From an uncultured Verrucomicrobiae bacterium (GTDB taxonomy: Bacteria > Verrucomicrobiota > Verrucomicrobiia > Chthoniobacterales > JAFAMB01), in contig CAWAIK010000001.1 of assembly GCA_963782115.1 (NCBI GenBank), positions 64,001 through 128,000 on the forward strand: a stretch of 64,000 bases of DNA, given 5' to 3'. Shown in pieces: positions 1 to 9,588 of this stretch. The notes beneath the pieces are model-generated. The model had not been told where the DNA came from. It was given only the letters and a program-made list of their open reading frames with translations, and searched no databases. Positions within the stretch are counted from its first letter, which is position 1, and every line of letters begins with the position of its first letter. The position numbers and the translations under genes were made by a program.

Positions 1-1
1 C

Positions 2-781
2 GCTCGATATCACACGGGTGTCCGGGCCGAACGCCTGATGGATCCCGAAGATGTGCTGGATGTCGCTCGGCGCGCTCGGGAAAACGGTGCGACACGATTT
101 TGCATGGGTGCGGCGTGGAAAGGTGTGCGCGAAGGGGATGCGAAATTCGAGCAGGTGCTCGAGATTGTACGGGCGGTGAGTCAGCTCAGAATGGAAGTCT
201 GCGTCACACTTGGGCAGCTAAGTTTAAGTGAAGCCAGGAAGCTCAAGGAAGCAGGTGTCACAGCCTATAACCATAACATTGATACTTCGGAGGACTATTA
301 TCCCGAAATCGTATCGACTCACAGTTATTCGGATCGGCTCAATACGATACGAGCCGTTCAACAAGCAGGTATCTCGGTCTGCTGCGGCGGAATTGTCGGA
401 ATGGGAGAGACCGAGCTTGACCGGTTGAAGATGCTGGAGGTATTGACCAATTTACATCCGCCGCCGGAGAGCGTGCCGATAAATTGCCTGATGCCAATGC
501 GGGGCACACCTCTCGAAGACCAACCTCCGATCGATATTTTTGAACTGGTTCGTCTGATCGCAACGACCCGGATCGCATTACCCCAGGCGAAGGTCCGTTT
601 GTCTGCCGGGCGCACGCGGCTCTCGAAAGAGGCGCAAGCCCTCTGTTTGTTCGCAGGGGCTAATTCGATCTTTTACGGGGATAGACTTCTGACTGCGGAG
701 AATCCCGGCATCGATCACGATCGCGAGTTGCTGAGCACGCTTGACCTCGTCGCACAACCGCCTTTTGCCGCCGGCGCTTAG
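2..781 (+). CDS. bioB: Biotin synthase (radical SAM), 5'-truncated by window edge
   Basis: Frame open from position 2 (ARYHTGVRAERLM...). Motifs ATRFCMGAAW, YNHNIDTS, CCGGIVGMGE, ESVPIN, VRLSAGR, AGANSIFYG are typical of BioB. Confidence 0.95.
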   Translation, partial: ARYHTGVRAERLMDPEDVLDVARRARENGATRFCMGAAWKGVREGDAKFEQVLEIVRAVSQLRMEVCVTLGQLSLSEARKLKEAGVTAYNHNIDTSEDYYPEIVSTHSYSDRLNTIRAVQQAGISVCCGGIVGMGETELDRLKMLEVLTNLHPPPESVPINCLMPMRGTPLEDQPPIDIFELVRLIATTRIALPQAKVRLSAGRTRLSKEAQALCLFAGANSIFYGDRLLTAENPGIDHDRELLSTLDLVAQPPFAAGA

Positions 782-1036
782 TTACCAGTGACTTCTTCAC
801 GCGTCATAGGTGCCAGTTTCACTCGAGGCTGGATGTACTAAAACAAAATTTGGCGAATGGAAACTGCATCGGTCAGGAGACGATCGTCGATTTTATTTGC
901 CCTCTCGAGCGGGGGAAGGCGATTTCGCTTCCCGGACATGGAAGAGGGTAGATGTGAACCACGACAAAATGGTAAAACTGAGCTTGCGCGATTCTGAACT
1001 AAGGGCAGTGTCCGATTCGGAAGGCAACTACTCTGT

Positions 1037-1486
1037 ATGACTCAGGACGAATTTGATGATTTGATTCAGGAGATTCGGGAAGAAGATCCTGAGCAGCTGG
1101 ATTCGGAGTTTTTTATTCGAGATAAGCCACTGAAAGAGGATAAACTGGCCAAGCTCGAGCAGAAGGCTGGATTTACCTTGCCGGAGGAATATCGAACTTT
1201 CCTGAAACGGTTCGGAGCTGGCGATATCGGTACGATTACTGTGCTCTCGCCGGATCCGGAAAGCGACTTTTCGCTTTGGAAGGGCCAGGAGCCCTTCGAA
1301 AAAGTCCGCTGGGTTCCCGTGGTCGATGACGGCAAAAGCAATTTTTACGGGTTCGTTGTCGAAAGTGGTGTCTGTTCCCGCGAGGTCTGGTTTGCGGATC
1401 AAGACCTTGGTTACGAGCTTTCCGGGACCGATTACGAGGACTTTTACCAACTCATTGCGACAGAAGCATTCGGTGTTGATACGTAG
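1037..1486 (+). CDS. SMI1/KNR4 (SUKH) family protein, putative toxin immunity protein
   Basis: LAKLEQKAGFTLPEEYRTFLKRFG pattern followed by VVDDGKSNFYG; acidic 149-aa protein. Confidence 0.8.
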   Translation: MTQDEFDDLIQEIREEDPEQLDSEFFIRDKPLKEDKLAKLEQKAGFTLPEEYRTFLKRFGAGDIGTITVLSPDPESDFSLWKGQEPFEKVRWVPVVDDGKSNFYGFVVESGVCSREVWFADQDLGYELSGTDYEDFYQLIATEAFGVDT

Positions 1487-1491
1487 ATCCC

Positions 1492-3219
1492 ATGGATAAG
1501 AAAACATCGCCTCCCTTGAGAAGCCACGCCTGGTTCGGGACAATCGATAGGAGCACGTTCATTCATCGCTCATGGATGAAGAATCAAGGTCTTCCCAATC
1601 ATTTGTTGGACGGGCGTCCGGTGATCGGTATCTGTAACACCTGGTCTGAGCTGACACCCTGCAACGCGCATTTCCGGGAACTCGCCGAATACGTGAAAAA
1701 GGGCGTCTACGAAAAAGGCGGTTTCCCTGTTGAATTTCCTGTCATGTCGTTGGGAGAATCGAATCTTCGCCCGACGGCGATGTTGTTCCGCAATCTTGCC
1801 TCAATGGATGTGGAAGAGTCGATTCGCGGCAACCCGATCGACGGGGTCGTGCTCCTTTGCGGCTGCGACAAAACAACTCCTTCGTTGATGATGGGTGCAG
1901 CCAGTTGCAATTTACCGACTCTGGTCGTTTCCGGAGGTCCGATGTTGAACGGCTGTTTTAAAGGCCAGAGAATCGGTTCGGGTACCGGCGTTTGGCAGAT
2001 GTCCGAGGCGGTGCGCGCCGGAAAGATGGACATCAAAGATTTCCTCGAGGCGGAGTCCTGCATGAACCGATCGCGAGGGCACTGCATGACGATGGGAACA
2101 GCTTCCACGATGGCTTCAATGGTCGAAGCTCTTGGAATGGGGCTCCCGCACAATGCCGCGATTCCAGCCGTCGATGCGCGTCGCCAGGTGCTGGCGCACA
2201 TGGCGGGGCGACGAATCGTCGAGATGGTGTTCGAGGACCTGACCATGGACAAGATCCTCACCCGGGATGCGTTCGACAATGCGATCCGTACCAATGCCGC
2301 AATCGGAGGATCCACTAACGCGATCATCCACCTGATCGCTCTGGCCGGGCGCGTCGGAATAAACCTCAAGCTGGACGACATGGAACTGGGCGCGGATCTG
2401 CCCTGTTTGTTGAATTTGCAACCATCCGGAGAGTTCTTGATGGAGGATTTCTACTACGCGGGCGGACTTCCTGTGATATTGCGTGAACTCGGCGAAGCAG
2501 GGGCTCTAAAAAAGGATGCCCTGACAGTGAACGGGAAAACAATCTGGGAAAACGTGGAGAACTCGGAGTGCTACAACCGGCAGGTGATCCATTCGTTTTC
2601 CGACCCGTTCAAGCCACTCTCCGGGATCGTGGTCTTGCGAGGAAACCTCGCGCCGCAAGGAGCCGTGATCAAACCCTCGGCAGCCACCCCTGAATTGCTG
2701 ACACACCGGGGACGCGCAGTCGTTTTCGAGAATATCGAACAGTTGCACGAGACCATCGATGATGAAAATCTCGAGATCGACGAAACTTGCGTGATGGTGC
2801 TTAAAGGAGCCGGACCAAAAGGGTATCCGGGATTTGCCGAGGTCGGCAATATGCCATTACCTCCCAAATTATTGCGCAAAGGTATCACCGACATGGTACG
2901 CGTCTCGGACGGCCGGATGAGCGGCACCGCGTTTGGCACGGTCGTTCTCCATGTTGCCCCGGAAGCGGCTGCTGGCGGGCCGCTCGCGCTGGTCAGGAGC
3001 GGAGATATGATTGAACTCAATGTCCCGAAACGAAGACTTCATCTGGAAGTGTCAGATGAAGAACTTGGGCGGCGCAAGGCCGAGTGGATACCGCCTGAAG
3101 CGCCTCCGCGCGGATGGTACAGGTTGTTTTTCGATCACGTCCTGCAGGCGGATCAAGGAGTTGATTTCGATTTTCTGGTCGGAAAAAGCGGAGCAGAAAT
3201 CCCGAGGCATTCGCATTGA
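1492..3219 (+). CDS. IlvD/Edd family sugar-acid dehydratase (L-arabinonate dehydratase-like)
   Basis: IGICNTWSELTPCNAH, RPTAMLFRNL, GCDKTTP, HCMTMGTAS, SDGRMSGT, C-terminal QADQGVDFDFL; convergent with an arabinoside uptake cluster. Confidence 0.9.
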   Translation: MDKKTSPPLRSHAWFGTIDRSTFIHRSWMKNQGLPNHLLDGRPVIGICNTWSELTPCNAHFRELAEYVKKGVYEKGGFPVEFPVMSLGESNLRPTAMLFRNLASMDVEESIRGNPIDGVVLLCGCDKTTPSLMMGAASCNLPTLVVSGGPMLNGCFKGQRIGSGTGVWQMSEAVRAGKMDIKDFLEAESCMNRSRGHCMTMGTASTMASMVEALGMGLPHNAAIPAVDARRQVLAHMAGRRIVEMVFEDLTMDKILTRDAFDNAIRTNAAIGGSTNAIIHLIALAGRVGINLKLDDMELGADLPCLLNLQPSGEFLMEDFYYAGGLPVILRELGEAGALKKDALTVNGKTIWENVENSECYNRQVIHSFSDPFKPLSGIVVLRGNLAPQGAVIKPSAATPELLTHRGRAVVFENIEQLHETIDDENLEIDETCVMVLKGAGPKGYPGFAEVGNMPLPPKLLRKGITDMVRVSDGRMSGTAFGTVVLHVAPEAAAGGPLALVRSGDMIELNVPKRRLHLEVSDEELGRRKAEWIPPEAPPRGWYRLFFDHVLQADQGVDFDFLVGKSGAEIPRHSH

Positions 3220-3311
3220 GTCAGAATTCAGAATTCAGGAGACAGAGTTGCAGAATGGACGGTTGGATCGCTCGTCTGTCTCCAGGCCTACTGACTACTG
3301 ACCACTGACTC
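3219..3311. repeat. Heptamer-periodic intergenic repeat between convergent genes
   Basis: CAGAATT-CAGAATT-CAGGAGA-CAGAGTT followed by complementary-type CTACTGA-CTACTGA-CCACTGA units. Confidence 0.6.
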
Positions 3312-4085
3312 TCACCGCCGCGTTCGCCGTTCCCTTTTAATCATCTCCGCCAGCTCGGTGGCATTTTTTTCCAGGAGCTTTCGCGTCGCTCGCCGGGCTG
3401 ATTCTGGATCTCGCCGCGAGATTGCTTCAGCGATCTGCCTGTGCCCTTTCAGGTTCCGGCTAGCCGGTTTACCTGCGCGCACCGAGATCTCAAAGTTCGT
3501 CCTCAACAAAAGCGAAAACGCCGGGACAAGAGCGCCTAGAAGCCGGTTATGAGCGGCTTCGAAAAGCAGCTCGTGGAATTCGACGTCCGCCTCAATCGCC
3601 TTCTGCATCTCGTCCGGGAGTTTCTCCATCCGATCATATGCTTCGAAGATTCGTAGCGTTTCCATGGCTGACGCGTGGGTCGCCGCGAGAGCTGCGGCCG
3701 TCGGTTCGATGATGGAACGCAGTTCGGACAACTCGTCCAGCAGATTGTCTCTGTTCACCGGTGCCGATAACATCCAGTTCAGCACGTCATGGTCGAGCAG
3801 TTTCCAGCAGAATTCCGGGCGGACAATCGTGCCGGCCCTCCTTTCAGTTCGCACAAAACCCTTCGCCGCAAGAATTTTGACCGCCTCTCGAACCGCATTT
3901 CGGCCGGCTCCGAAACGATGGGCGATTTCTGGTTCGGTCGGCAAAGTCTCATCCGGTTTCCAGACGCCGCTGGCGATATCGCGCCCCAAGGCGGAGACCA
4001 GCCCGTCGACGACGCTGACGGAGCGGGTCGACTCGCGGTGCCTGGTCTTCGTACGAGGGTGTGCGGATTGGTCAGGGTTCGCCAT
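3312..4085 (-). CDS. GntR family regulator, FadR subfamily
   Basis: LPTEPEIAHRFGAGRNAVREAVKILAAKG HTH and FCD domain (ADVEFHELL). ATG at 4085 is preceded by a GGAGG RBS. Confidence 0.9.
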   Translation of the reverse strand: MANPDQSAHPRTKTRHRESTRSVSVVDGLVSALGRDIASGVWKPDETLPTEPEIAHRFGAGRNAVREAVKILAAKGFVRTERRAGTIVRPEFCWKLLDHDVLNWMLSAPVNRDNLLDELSELRSIIEPTAAALAATHASAMETLRIFEAYDRMEKLPDEMQKAIEADVEFHELLFEAAHNRLLGALVPAFSLLLRTNFEISVRAGKPASRNLKGHRQIAEAISRRDPESARRATRKLLEKNATELAEMIKRERRTRR

Positions 4086-4180
4086 TGCCTGAATTTCCTC
4101 CAGCGAATTGCGATGCAACATCCTTCATCCCAAGTAAAGCAGAAAGATGTTCAGACCGCTTGAGAATCGCATATTTCCGG

Positions 4181-5011
4181 CTATTTAATTCCCGCTGCCG
4201 CCATCACCCCTTGCGTCACTCGCTTTTGGAAGATGAGGTAGGCGGCTGCTGTTGGGATCGAGGCCAAAACGGCGATGGCCGAGGTTTTGGCAAAGGCAAC
4301 GCCATAGGCTGATTGGACCTGGGTCATCCCGACGGGAATCGTGAGCATCGGAGTCGAGTTCGTAACGATAAACGGCCAGAAGAAGTTATTCCAAGCACCG
4401 ATGAAAGTAACAATGGCCATCGCCCAAATAATGCTCCAATTAAGCGGGATATAAATATTGAATAGAATTCTGAAATCGCCCGCTCCGTCAATCACCGCGG
4501 CGTTACGGAAATCGATGGGGACTTGGTCGAAGAATCGCTTGAAAACTATAACCGATAGGGGCGTAGCGATCTGGGGTAGAATTATTCCCGCGTAAGTATT
4601 CACCAAATGTAATTTGTTCATCAACATAAACAGAGGGATCGCCATGGCGCCAAACGGAAGCATGAATCCTACCATAAGGGCTAAATTAATGGCCCCTTTG
4701 CCTTTAAAATCGAGAAGGGAAAGAGCATAGGCGCACATTAAGGCACAGGAAATAGAAAAAAATGTAATCACCGCCGAGACCAGGACGGTGTTCAGATACC
4801 AGCGAAAGATCGGGCTGTTTTGAATCACGTAAATGAAGGCCCCAAAATCCGGCGGAAATGGTACGAAAGAAGGAGGAAGCGCGATGGTATCTGTTTCGCT
4901 TTTAAAGGCGGTGGCGACGATCCAGTACACGGGAAACAGCCATGTCAAGGCCATAATCACCGTCAGTCCGGTGCAAACCAACGCTAATGTCGATGGACGT
5001 TTCTTTTTCAT
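4181..5011 (-). CDS. Carbohydrate ABC transporter permease (MalG-like)
   Basis: Multiple TM segments, AAVIDGAG EAA-loop, WNNFFWP. Confidence 0.92.
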   Translation of the reverse strand: MKKKRPSTLALVCTGLTVIMALTWLFPVYWIVATAFKSETDTIALPPSFVPFPPDFGAFIYVIQNSPIFRWYLNTVLVSAVITFFSISCALMCAYALSLLDFKGKGAINLALMVGFMLPFGAMAIPLFMLMNKLHLVNTYAGIILPQIATPLSVIVFKRFFDQVPIDFRNAAVIDGAGDFRILFNIYIPLNWSIIWAMAIVTFIGAWNNFFWPFIVTNSTPMLTIPVGMTQVQSAYGVAFAKTSAIAVLASIPTAAAYLIFQKRVTQGVMAAAGIK

Positions 5012-5895
5012 TTTGAACGTCTCCCCTGAAGGAGTCGGAATTGAATTGCCGATATCAATAACATGATCACCACCAACGCGATCGCCACCGCGGAAGCATA
5101 GCCGCCTCGATTCAGCTGAAATGCCTGGCCATACATGTAGAGGAGGACAACCATGGTGGAGTTATATGGTCCCCCTTGTGTAAGGAGATACACCTGATCA
5201 AAAATCTTGAATTGCGCGATGAGTTGCAGGACCAATACTAAGCTTGTTACCGGCCAGATCAGCGGACAGGTAATACTAATAAATTGCTGGAAAGCATTTG
5301 CTCCATCAATCGCCGCGGCTTCATAAACATCGGGTGAAATATTTTGGAGCCCTGCAATAAAGAGGAGCATGTTAAACCCGACGGTCCACCAGATAGTTAC
5401 CGCTGCTACGGCCGGCATGGCCCACACCGGATCCTGAAACCAGGCGATCGAACTGCCAACCAGGTAGTTAATAATTCCGAAATTTGTATCTAGAATCCAC
5501 AGTGAGGCTGTGGTCACTACGCTGACCGGCAGGACGAACGGCAAAAAAAAAGCCGAGAGAACAGGCAATCGCAATCGTTTCAAACGGACCACTAATAGAG
5601 CTAAAAAAAAACCGACCGCTGTATTCGGCACCACGGTCAAAAAAATGAAGTATAAGGTATGCCAGACCGAAGCCCAAAAACCCTGGTCATGCATTAACTC
5701 GGCAAAATTTTGCAGTCCGACAAAACTTCCTTGGCCCGCGATATCCGAATTGGTCAGGCTCAAATAGCAAACCTGGATGGCGGGATAAATCAGAAACGCG
5801 CCATAGAAAAGGAGAAATGGGGCAACGAAAACCCAAGCGATGGGCCGGCGTTTTCGGGGCTTCGTTCGCCGGTCATTTTGCTGAGCTTTTGTCAT
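5008..5895 (-). CDS. Carbohydrate ABC transporter permease (MalF-like)
   Basis: YEAAAIDGA loop, FDQVYLLTQGGP. ATG at 5895 follows AGGAGG. Confidence 0.92.
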   Translation of the reverse strand: MTKAQQNDRRTKPRKRRPIAWVFVAPFLLFYGAFLIYPAIQVCYLSLTNSDIAGQGSFVGLQNFAELMHDQGFWASVWHTLYFIFLTVVPNTAVGFFLALLVVRLKRLRLPVLSAFFLPFVLPVSVVTTASLWILDTNFGIINYLVGSSIAWFQDPVWAMPAVAAVTIWWTVGFNMLLFIAGLQNISPDVYEAAAIDGANAFQQFISITCPLIWPVTSLVLVLQLIAQFKIFDQVYLLTQGGPYNSTMVVLLYMYGQAFQLNRGGYASAVAIALVVIMLLISAIQFRLLQGRRSK

Positions 5896-5923
5896 CGCAG
5901 AAAAACCACCCTCCTGGGTTGGC

Positions 5924-7240
5924 CTACTGCTGTTGCTTAGCAAAGTATTGCAATTCGTTGGTGAATTGACCGAATCCTTTGTCGACAGGCAATTGCCCGT
6001 TGATGGCTGGAATCAGGAAATTGCTAATCGCGGTAAAACTCGGGCTGCCCACGCCAAATATTGGTATACCGGGCTCAAATACGACATTTTTTGCCGCGCC
6101 GGCGCTATATTGGTTATTCGGAGACATCTCCTTGTAGGCAGCACTCTCTTGAACGGGGAGGTAAGCTGGTATGTGACCGCCGCCTGCCCACGTCACTTGT
6201 TTCACCACGTAGGCGATAAATTTCAGCGCTGCCGCGACCTTTTCCGGTGACGCCGGCGTTTTCTGATTGTTTGGGATCGCTAATTGGTGGGAATCGGCCC
6301 AGGTATCCTGGTTATCGAAGAGCTTCGGAAACGGAAGGATGCCGTATTCGAAGGTAAGCTTATTTTGCTTTTGCAGATCGACAAGGGTTGGCACTTCCCA
6401 GTTGCCGTTGATCATGAAAACACCGCGACCTGCGGTGAACAGTGCCACCATCGAAGGATAGGTCGTATTCTTCGGAATCAGTCCATCCTTGGCCCAGTCT
6501 GCCAAAATCTGAAGTGCTTTAAGCCCCGGAGTCGCGACGCTATCGAAGGACAATTGACCCTCTTTCATGAAATCGCCGTTCTGCTGTTTGAAAAATGTGT
6601 ACCAGACACGCCAACAGGATGCGGGGTCCGCTGAGGTTGTCCCGGACCATGCTACGGGAATCAAGTGGGTTTTGGCCTTAACTGCGGCTAACATCTTTGT
6701 AAATGACTCGATGTTGTCGAGGCCGCTCGGTTTTCCATCGGCATCGAGCAGGCCGGCCTTCTGCAGCGCGGTCTTATTGTAGTATAAGACGATGGTGTGA
6801 ATATCGAGTGGGACGCCGAACAGTTGGTCTGTCTTTCCGTATGTCTTACTAAGCTCCAGGGACCTTTCTATCAGCGACTTTTGGAAGTCTGAGGCCTTGA
6901 GACCTGCCTGGGCAAGTTCTTCCGTGGCGATCGGTCTCAGGTCTTTATTGGCAATTCCGGCAGAAAAGTGTGAGAGGTGATAGGTCATGACGTCGGGGGT
7001 CTCACCGGAAACGACCGCCGTATGAACCTTGGTATAGAATGGCTCGCCCCACGTGAGAGTCGACTCGTTGATGTGAATCTCGCTTTGGCCCTTGTTAAAT
7101 TCTTCCACGATTTGTTTCATTCGCACGCCATCGCCGCCGCCGAGAAAGTCCCAATAGGTAAGTTGGGTTGACGCGGCTTGTGCGACCGCAGATAAGAAAC
7201 ACGCTGCAAGACAGGAGATGGTTGTTTTCATGGGGGACAT
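5924..7240 (-). CDS. Carbohydrate ABC transporter substrate-binding protein
   Basis: Signal peptide, GETPDV, GVPLDIHTIVLYYNK, NGNWE; adjacent to two permeases. Confidence 0.9.
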   Translation of the reverse strand: MSPMKTTISCLAACFLSAVAQAASTQLTYWDFLGGGDGVRMKQIVEEFNKGQSEIHINESTLTWGEPFYTKVHTAVVSGETPDVMTYHLSHFSAGIANKDLRPIATEELAQAGLKASDFQKSLIERSLELSKTYGKTDQLFGVPLDIHTIVLYYNKTALQKAGLLDADGKPSGLDNIESFTKMLAAVKAKTHLIPVAWSGTTSADPASCWRVWYTFFKQQNGDFMKEGQLSFDSVATPGLKALQILADWAKDGLIPKNTTYPSMVALFTAGRGVFMINGNWEVPTLVDLQKQNKLTFEYGILPFPKLFDNQDTWADSHQLAIPNNQKTPASPEKVAAALKFIAYVVKQVTWAGGGHIPAYLPVQESAAYKEMSPNNQYSAGAAKNVVFEPGIPIFGVGSPSFTAISNFLIPAINGQLPVDKGFGQFTNELQYFAKQQQ

Positions 7241-7287
7241 TTTGTTTTGGTATAGGAAGAATGGAGCGAACGATCAAGGCATTTCAC

Positions 7288-8793
7288 CTAATAGGAAAGC
7301 GACAGCAGATTCCAAGAGAGGGGGGTTAGGCGGGTATTGATGGTCTCCGGCCGCATGGCAAATTCCCGATGTTCGCCGGGTTGCACAGCGTCAGGTTTCA
7401 GTTCGGTATTCGTTGCGAGAAGATCGGCCCCGGAAATCTCCAGGGCCTCGCAAGTTTTGATTTGTGGGAAGCCTCGCAAATCAATGGTCAGGTCCACTGC
7501 GCCGGAGGTCTCTCGATTAAGCACGAAAAAAGCTATTTTTTGGTGAGCGGCGTCATGAACCGCAGACGCGACAAGGTGGTTGATCGTTCCCGCAGTTTTG
7601 GTTTCGCATTGCGTCGACTGAATCTTTGTCTGAAGGACGGTACCATGAGCATGCTGGGAGACCAGTTTGAAGGGATGAAAGATGGTCTGGCGCCAAGCCG
7701 CTCCGCCCGGCTCAGCAAAAATAGGTGCGATAACATTGACCAATTGGGCCAGGCACGCCGCTTTCACACGATCCGCGTTGTTTAGCAGCGTAATGAGAGC
7801 TCCTCCGACCATCAGCGCATCTTGCAGGTCGTAGACCTCTTCAATCAGGCGCGGCGCAATCGGCCATCCCGGCTTTGCACGATCCTCCTCTGCGCGTGCT
7901 TTGTACCAGACGTTCCATTCGTCAAAGGAGAGCCTGATCTTCTTAGCGGATCTTCGCTTTGCGGCAATCGCATCGCAGACGGCGACGGTTTCTTTAATGA
8001 AGCTGTTCATAATCTCGATGTTTGCCAAAAACTCCTGCACATCCCGGTGCGGGTTCTCATAGTACATGTGCAGGGAAAGAAAATCTGCGATATCAAAAGT
8101 GTGTTCCATGACCTCGTATTCCCATGCGCCGAACGTCGGCATGGAACGCCCGGAAGACCCGCATGCCGCAAGCTGGATTCCGGGATCTACCCACTGCATG
8201 ACTTTCGCAGCTTCTTTGGCAATCCGGCCATACTCGCTCGCGGTTTTTCCACAGATCTGCCATGGTCCATCCATTTCATTGCCGAGGCACCAGAACTTTA
8301 CCGCGTGCGGTTCTTTGTATCCGTGCATGGCTCTGAGGTCGCTCAGGCGTGTGCCTCCTGGGTGGTTGCAATACTCGAGATACTCTCGCGCCTCATCAGG
8401 ACCGCGCGTTCCCAGGTTCACCCCAAGCATTGGCTCCGTCTGGGCGAGCTTGCACCACTCAATAAATTCATTTGTTCCAAAGGCGTTCGTTTCCGTACTG
8501 AACCATGCGAGATCAAGCCGTTTAGGTCGTTCCTCAACCGGACCTACACCATCCTCCCAGTTGTAGCCCGACATGAAATTGCCTCCAGGGTAACGGATGA
8601 TCGTCGGACCGAGTTCTCGAACTAGCTCGAGTACGTCACCTCGAAATCCGTGCTTGTCGGCCGTGGGGTGGTCAGGCTCGAAAATGCCGGTGTAAACGCA
8701 CCGGCCTAAGTGCTCAACGAACGACCCGAACAGACGACGGTCCAATTGCGAAATGCAGAAATCGGCATCGACAATTATTTGGGCTTTATTCAT
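7288..8793 (-). CDS. abfA: Alpha-L-arabinofuranosidase, GH51
   Basis: GSFVEHLGRCVYTG, RYPGGNF, WCLGNEMDGPWQ (acid/base Glu), SFDEWNVW (nucleophile Glu), AQLVNVIAP. Confidence 0.95.
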   Translation of the reverse strand: MNKAQIIVDADFCISQLDRRLFGSFVEHLGRCVYTGIFEPDHPTADKHGFRGDVLELVRELGPTIIRYPGGNFMSGYNWEDGVGPVEERPKRLDLAWFSTETNAFGTNEFIEWCKLAQTEPMLGVNLGTRGPDEAREYLEYCNHPGGTRLSDLRAMHGYKEPHAVKFWCLGNEMDGPWQICGKTASEYGRIAKEAAKVMQWVDPGIQLAACGSSGRSMPTFGAWEYEVMEHTFDIADFLSLHMYYENPHRDVQEFLANIEIMNSFIKETVAVCDAIAAKRRSAKKIRLSFDEWNVWYKARAEEDRAKPGWPIAPRLIEEVYDLQDALMVGGALITLLNNADRVKAACLAQLVNVIAPIFAEPGGAAWRQTIFHPFKLVSQHAHGTVLQTKIQSTQCETKTAGTINHLVASAVHDAAHQKIAFFVLNRETSGAVDLTIDLRGFPQIKTCEALEISGADLLATNTELKPDAVQPGEHREFAMRPETINTRLTPLSWNLLSLSY

Positions 8794-8889
8794 AGGAAAT
8801 GTAATTGGGTAAACGATTATGCAGCTTCGAGGGGGAACTCCGAAGATCCGAGTGACTGTATTTCTTGCTTATCTGTCGCCAAATGTCAC

Positions 8890-9213
8890 GCCACGGTAGT
8901 CCTTGCCTCCCTGGGAGGGGCGGGCCATGCTGGAGCGATTTCCCCGAGCGCAGGCCCGCTGGCCCTGGTCAGTGACGTCGGACACCTTATTGCTGCGGCC
9001 CTTTGGCCGGGCGGCCTGGTGCCTCTTCTCTTTTTTCTTTACGCGGAAAGTCGAGCCGCGGACGGGGGAGATTGGAGTCTGGCCGCCCGAGTAACCCGGA
9101 GATTTTCCACTGTCAGTCTGCTTATCCGCAACGTGATCTGCGAAACTGGTCTGGCCGCCTGCCTCCTGCTGGTGGTTGGCTTTCTCGGTCTGACCCCGCC
9201 ACCAAGGCATTAA
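8890..9213 (+). pseudogene. CopD-family copper resistance protein remnant (N-terminus missing, internal deletion)
   Basis: ASLGGAGHAGA...DVGHLIAAALWPGGL...RRFS joined directly to C-terminal RNVICETGL...VVGFLGLTPP; no credible start codon. Confidence 0.65.
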
Positions 9214-9588
9214 ACCACTGCCAGAGATTCCGAGAGAAAAATTTTCACCCCCAGCAATTCCCGAGAGTGCCGCCGATGGCAGACTGGCTGTGAGAAGACT
9301 ACGCGGATAGCGTCACAATCCCGATATTCCTCAAGAGACATATTAACAATAGGAACCATATCTAAGCAACAGAGACGAATAAAGATAATTACATGTATTA
9401 TTAATAGGTTTATGGAGACATCATAGTTTAACGTTGTTTCTAGATTGCTTATTTGTGGAGATTCGAAAAAATGGGAAATCGCTCCTTGCCAAAACATCTC
9501 CAATCGTTCTAAACAGGACACATCGGCTGGTTTTGGATGGACCGACGCCAGATCGGTGTTTGTTCCTAAAGACTAACCCCCGGACTAT

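Noticed and set aside
810..1040. 76-aa ORF overlapping the SMI1 start as a toxin tip
   Set aside because: No recognisable nuclease or toxin motif and a weak GTG start; cannot be supported.
8809..8820. GTAAACGATTAT as a LacI operator upstream of abfA
   Set aside because: Short, imperfect, single site; the local regulator is FadR-type.
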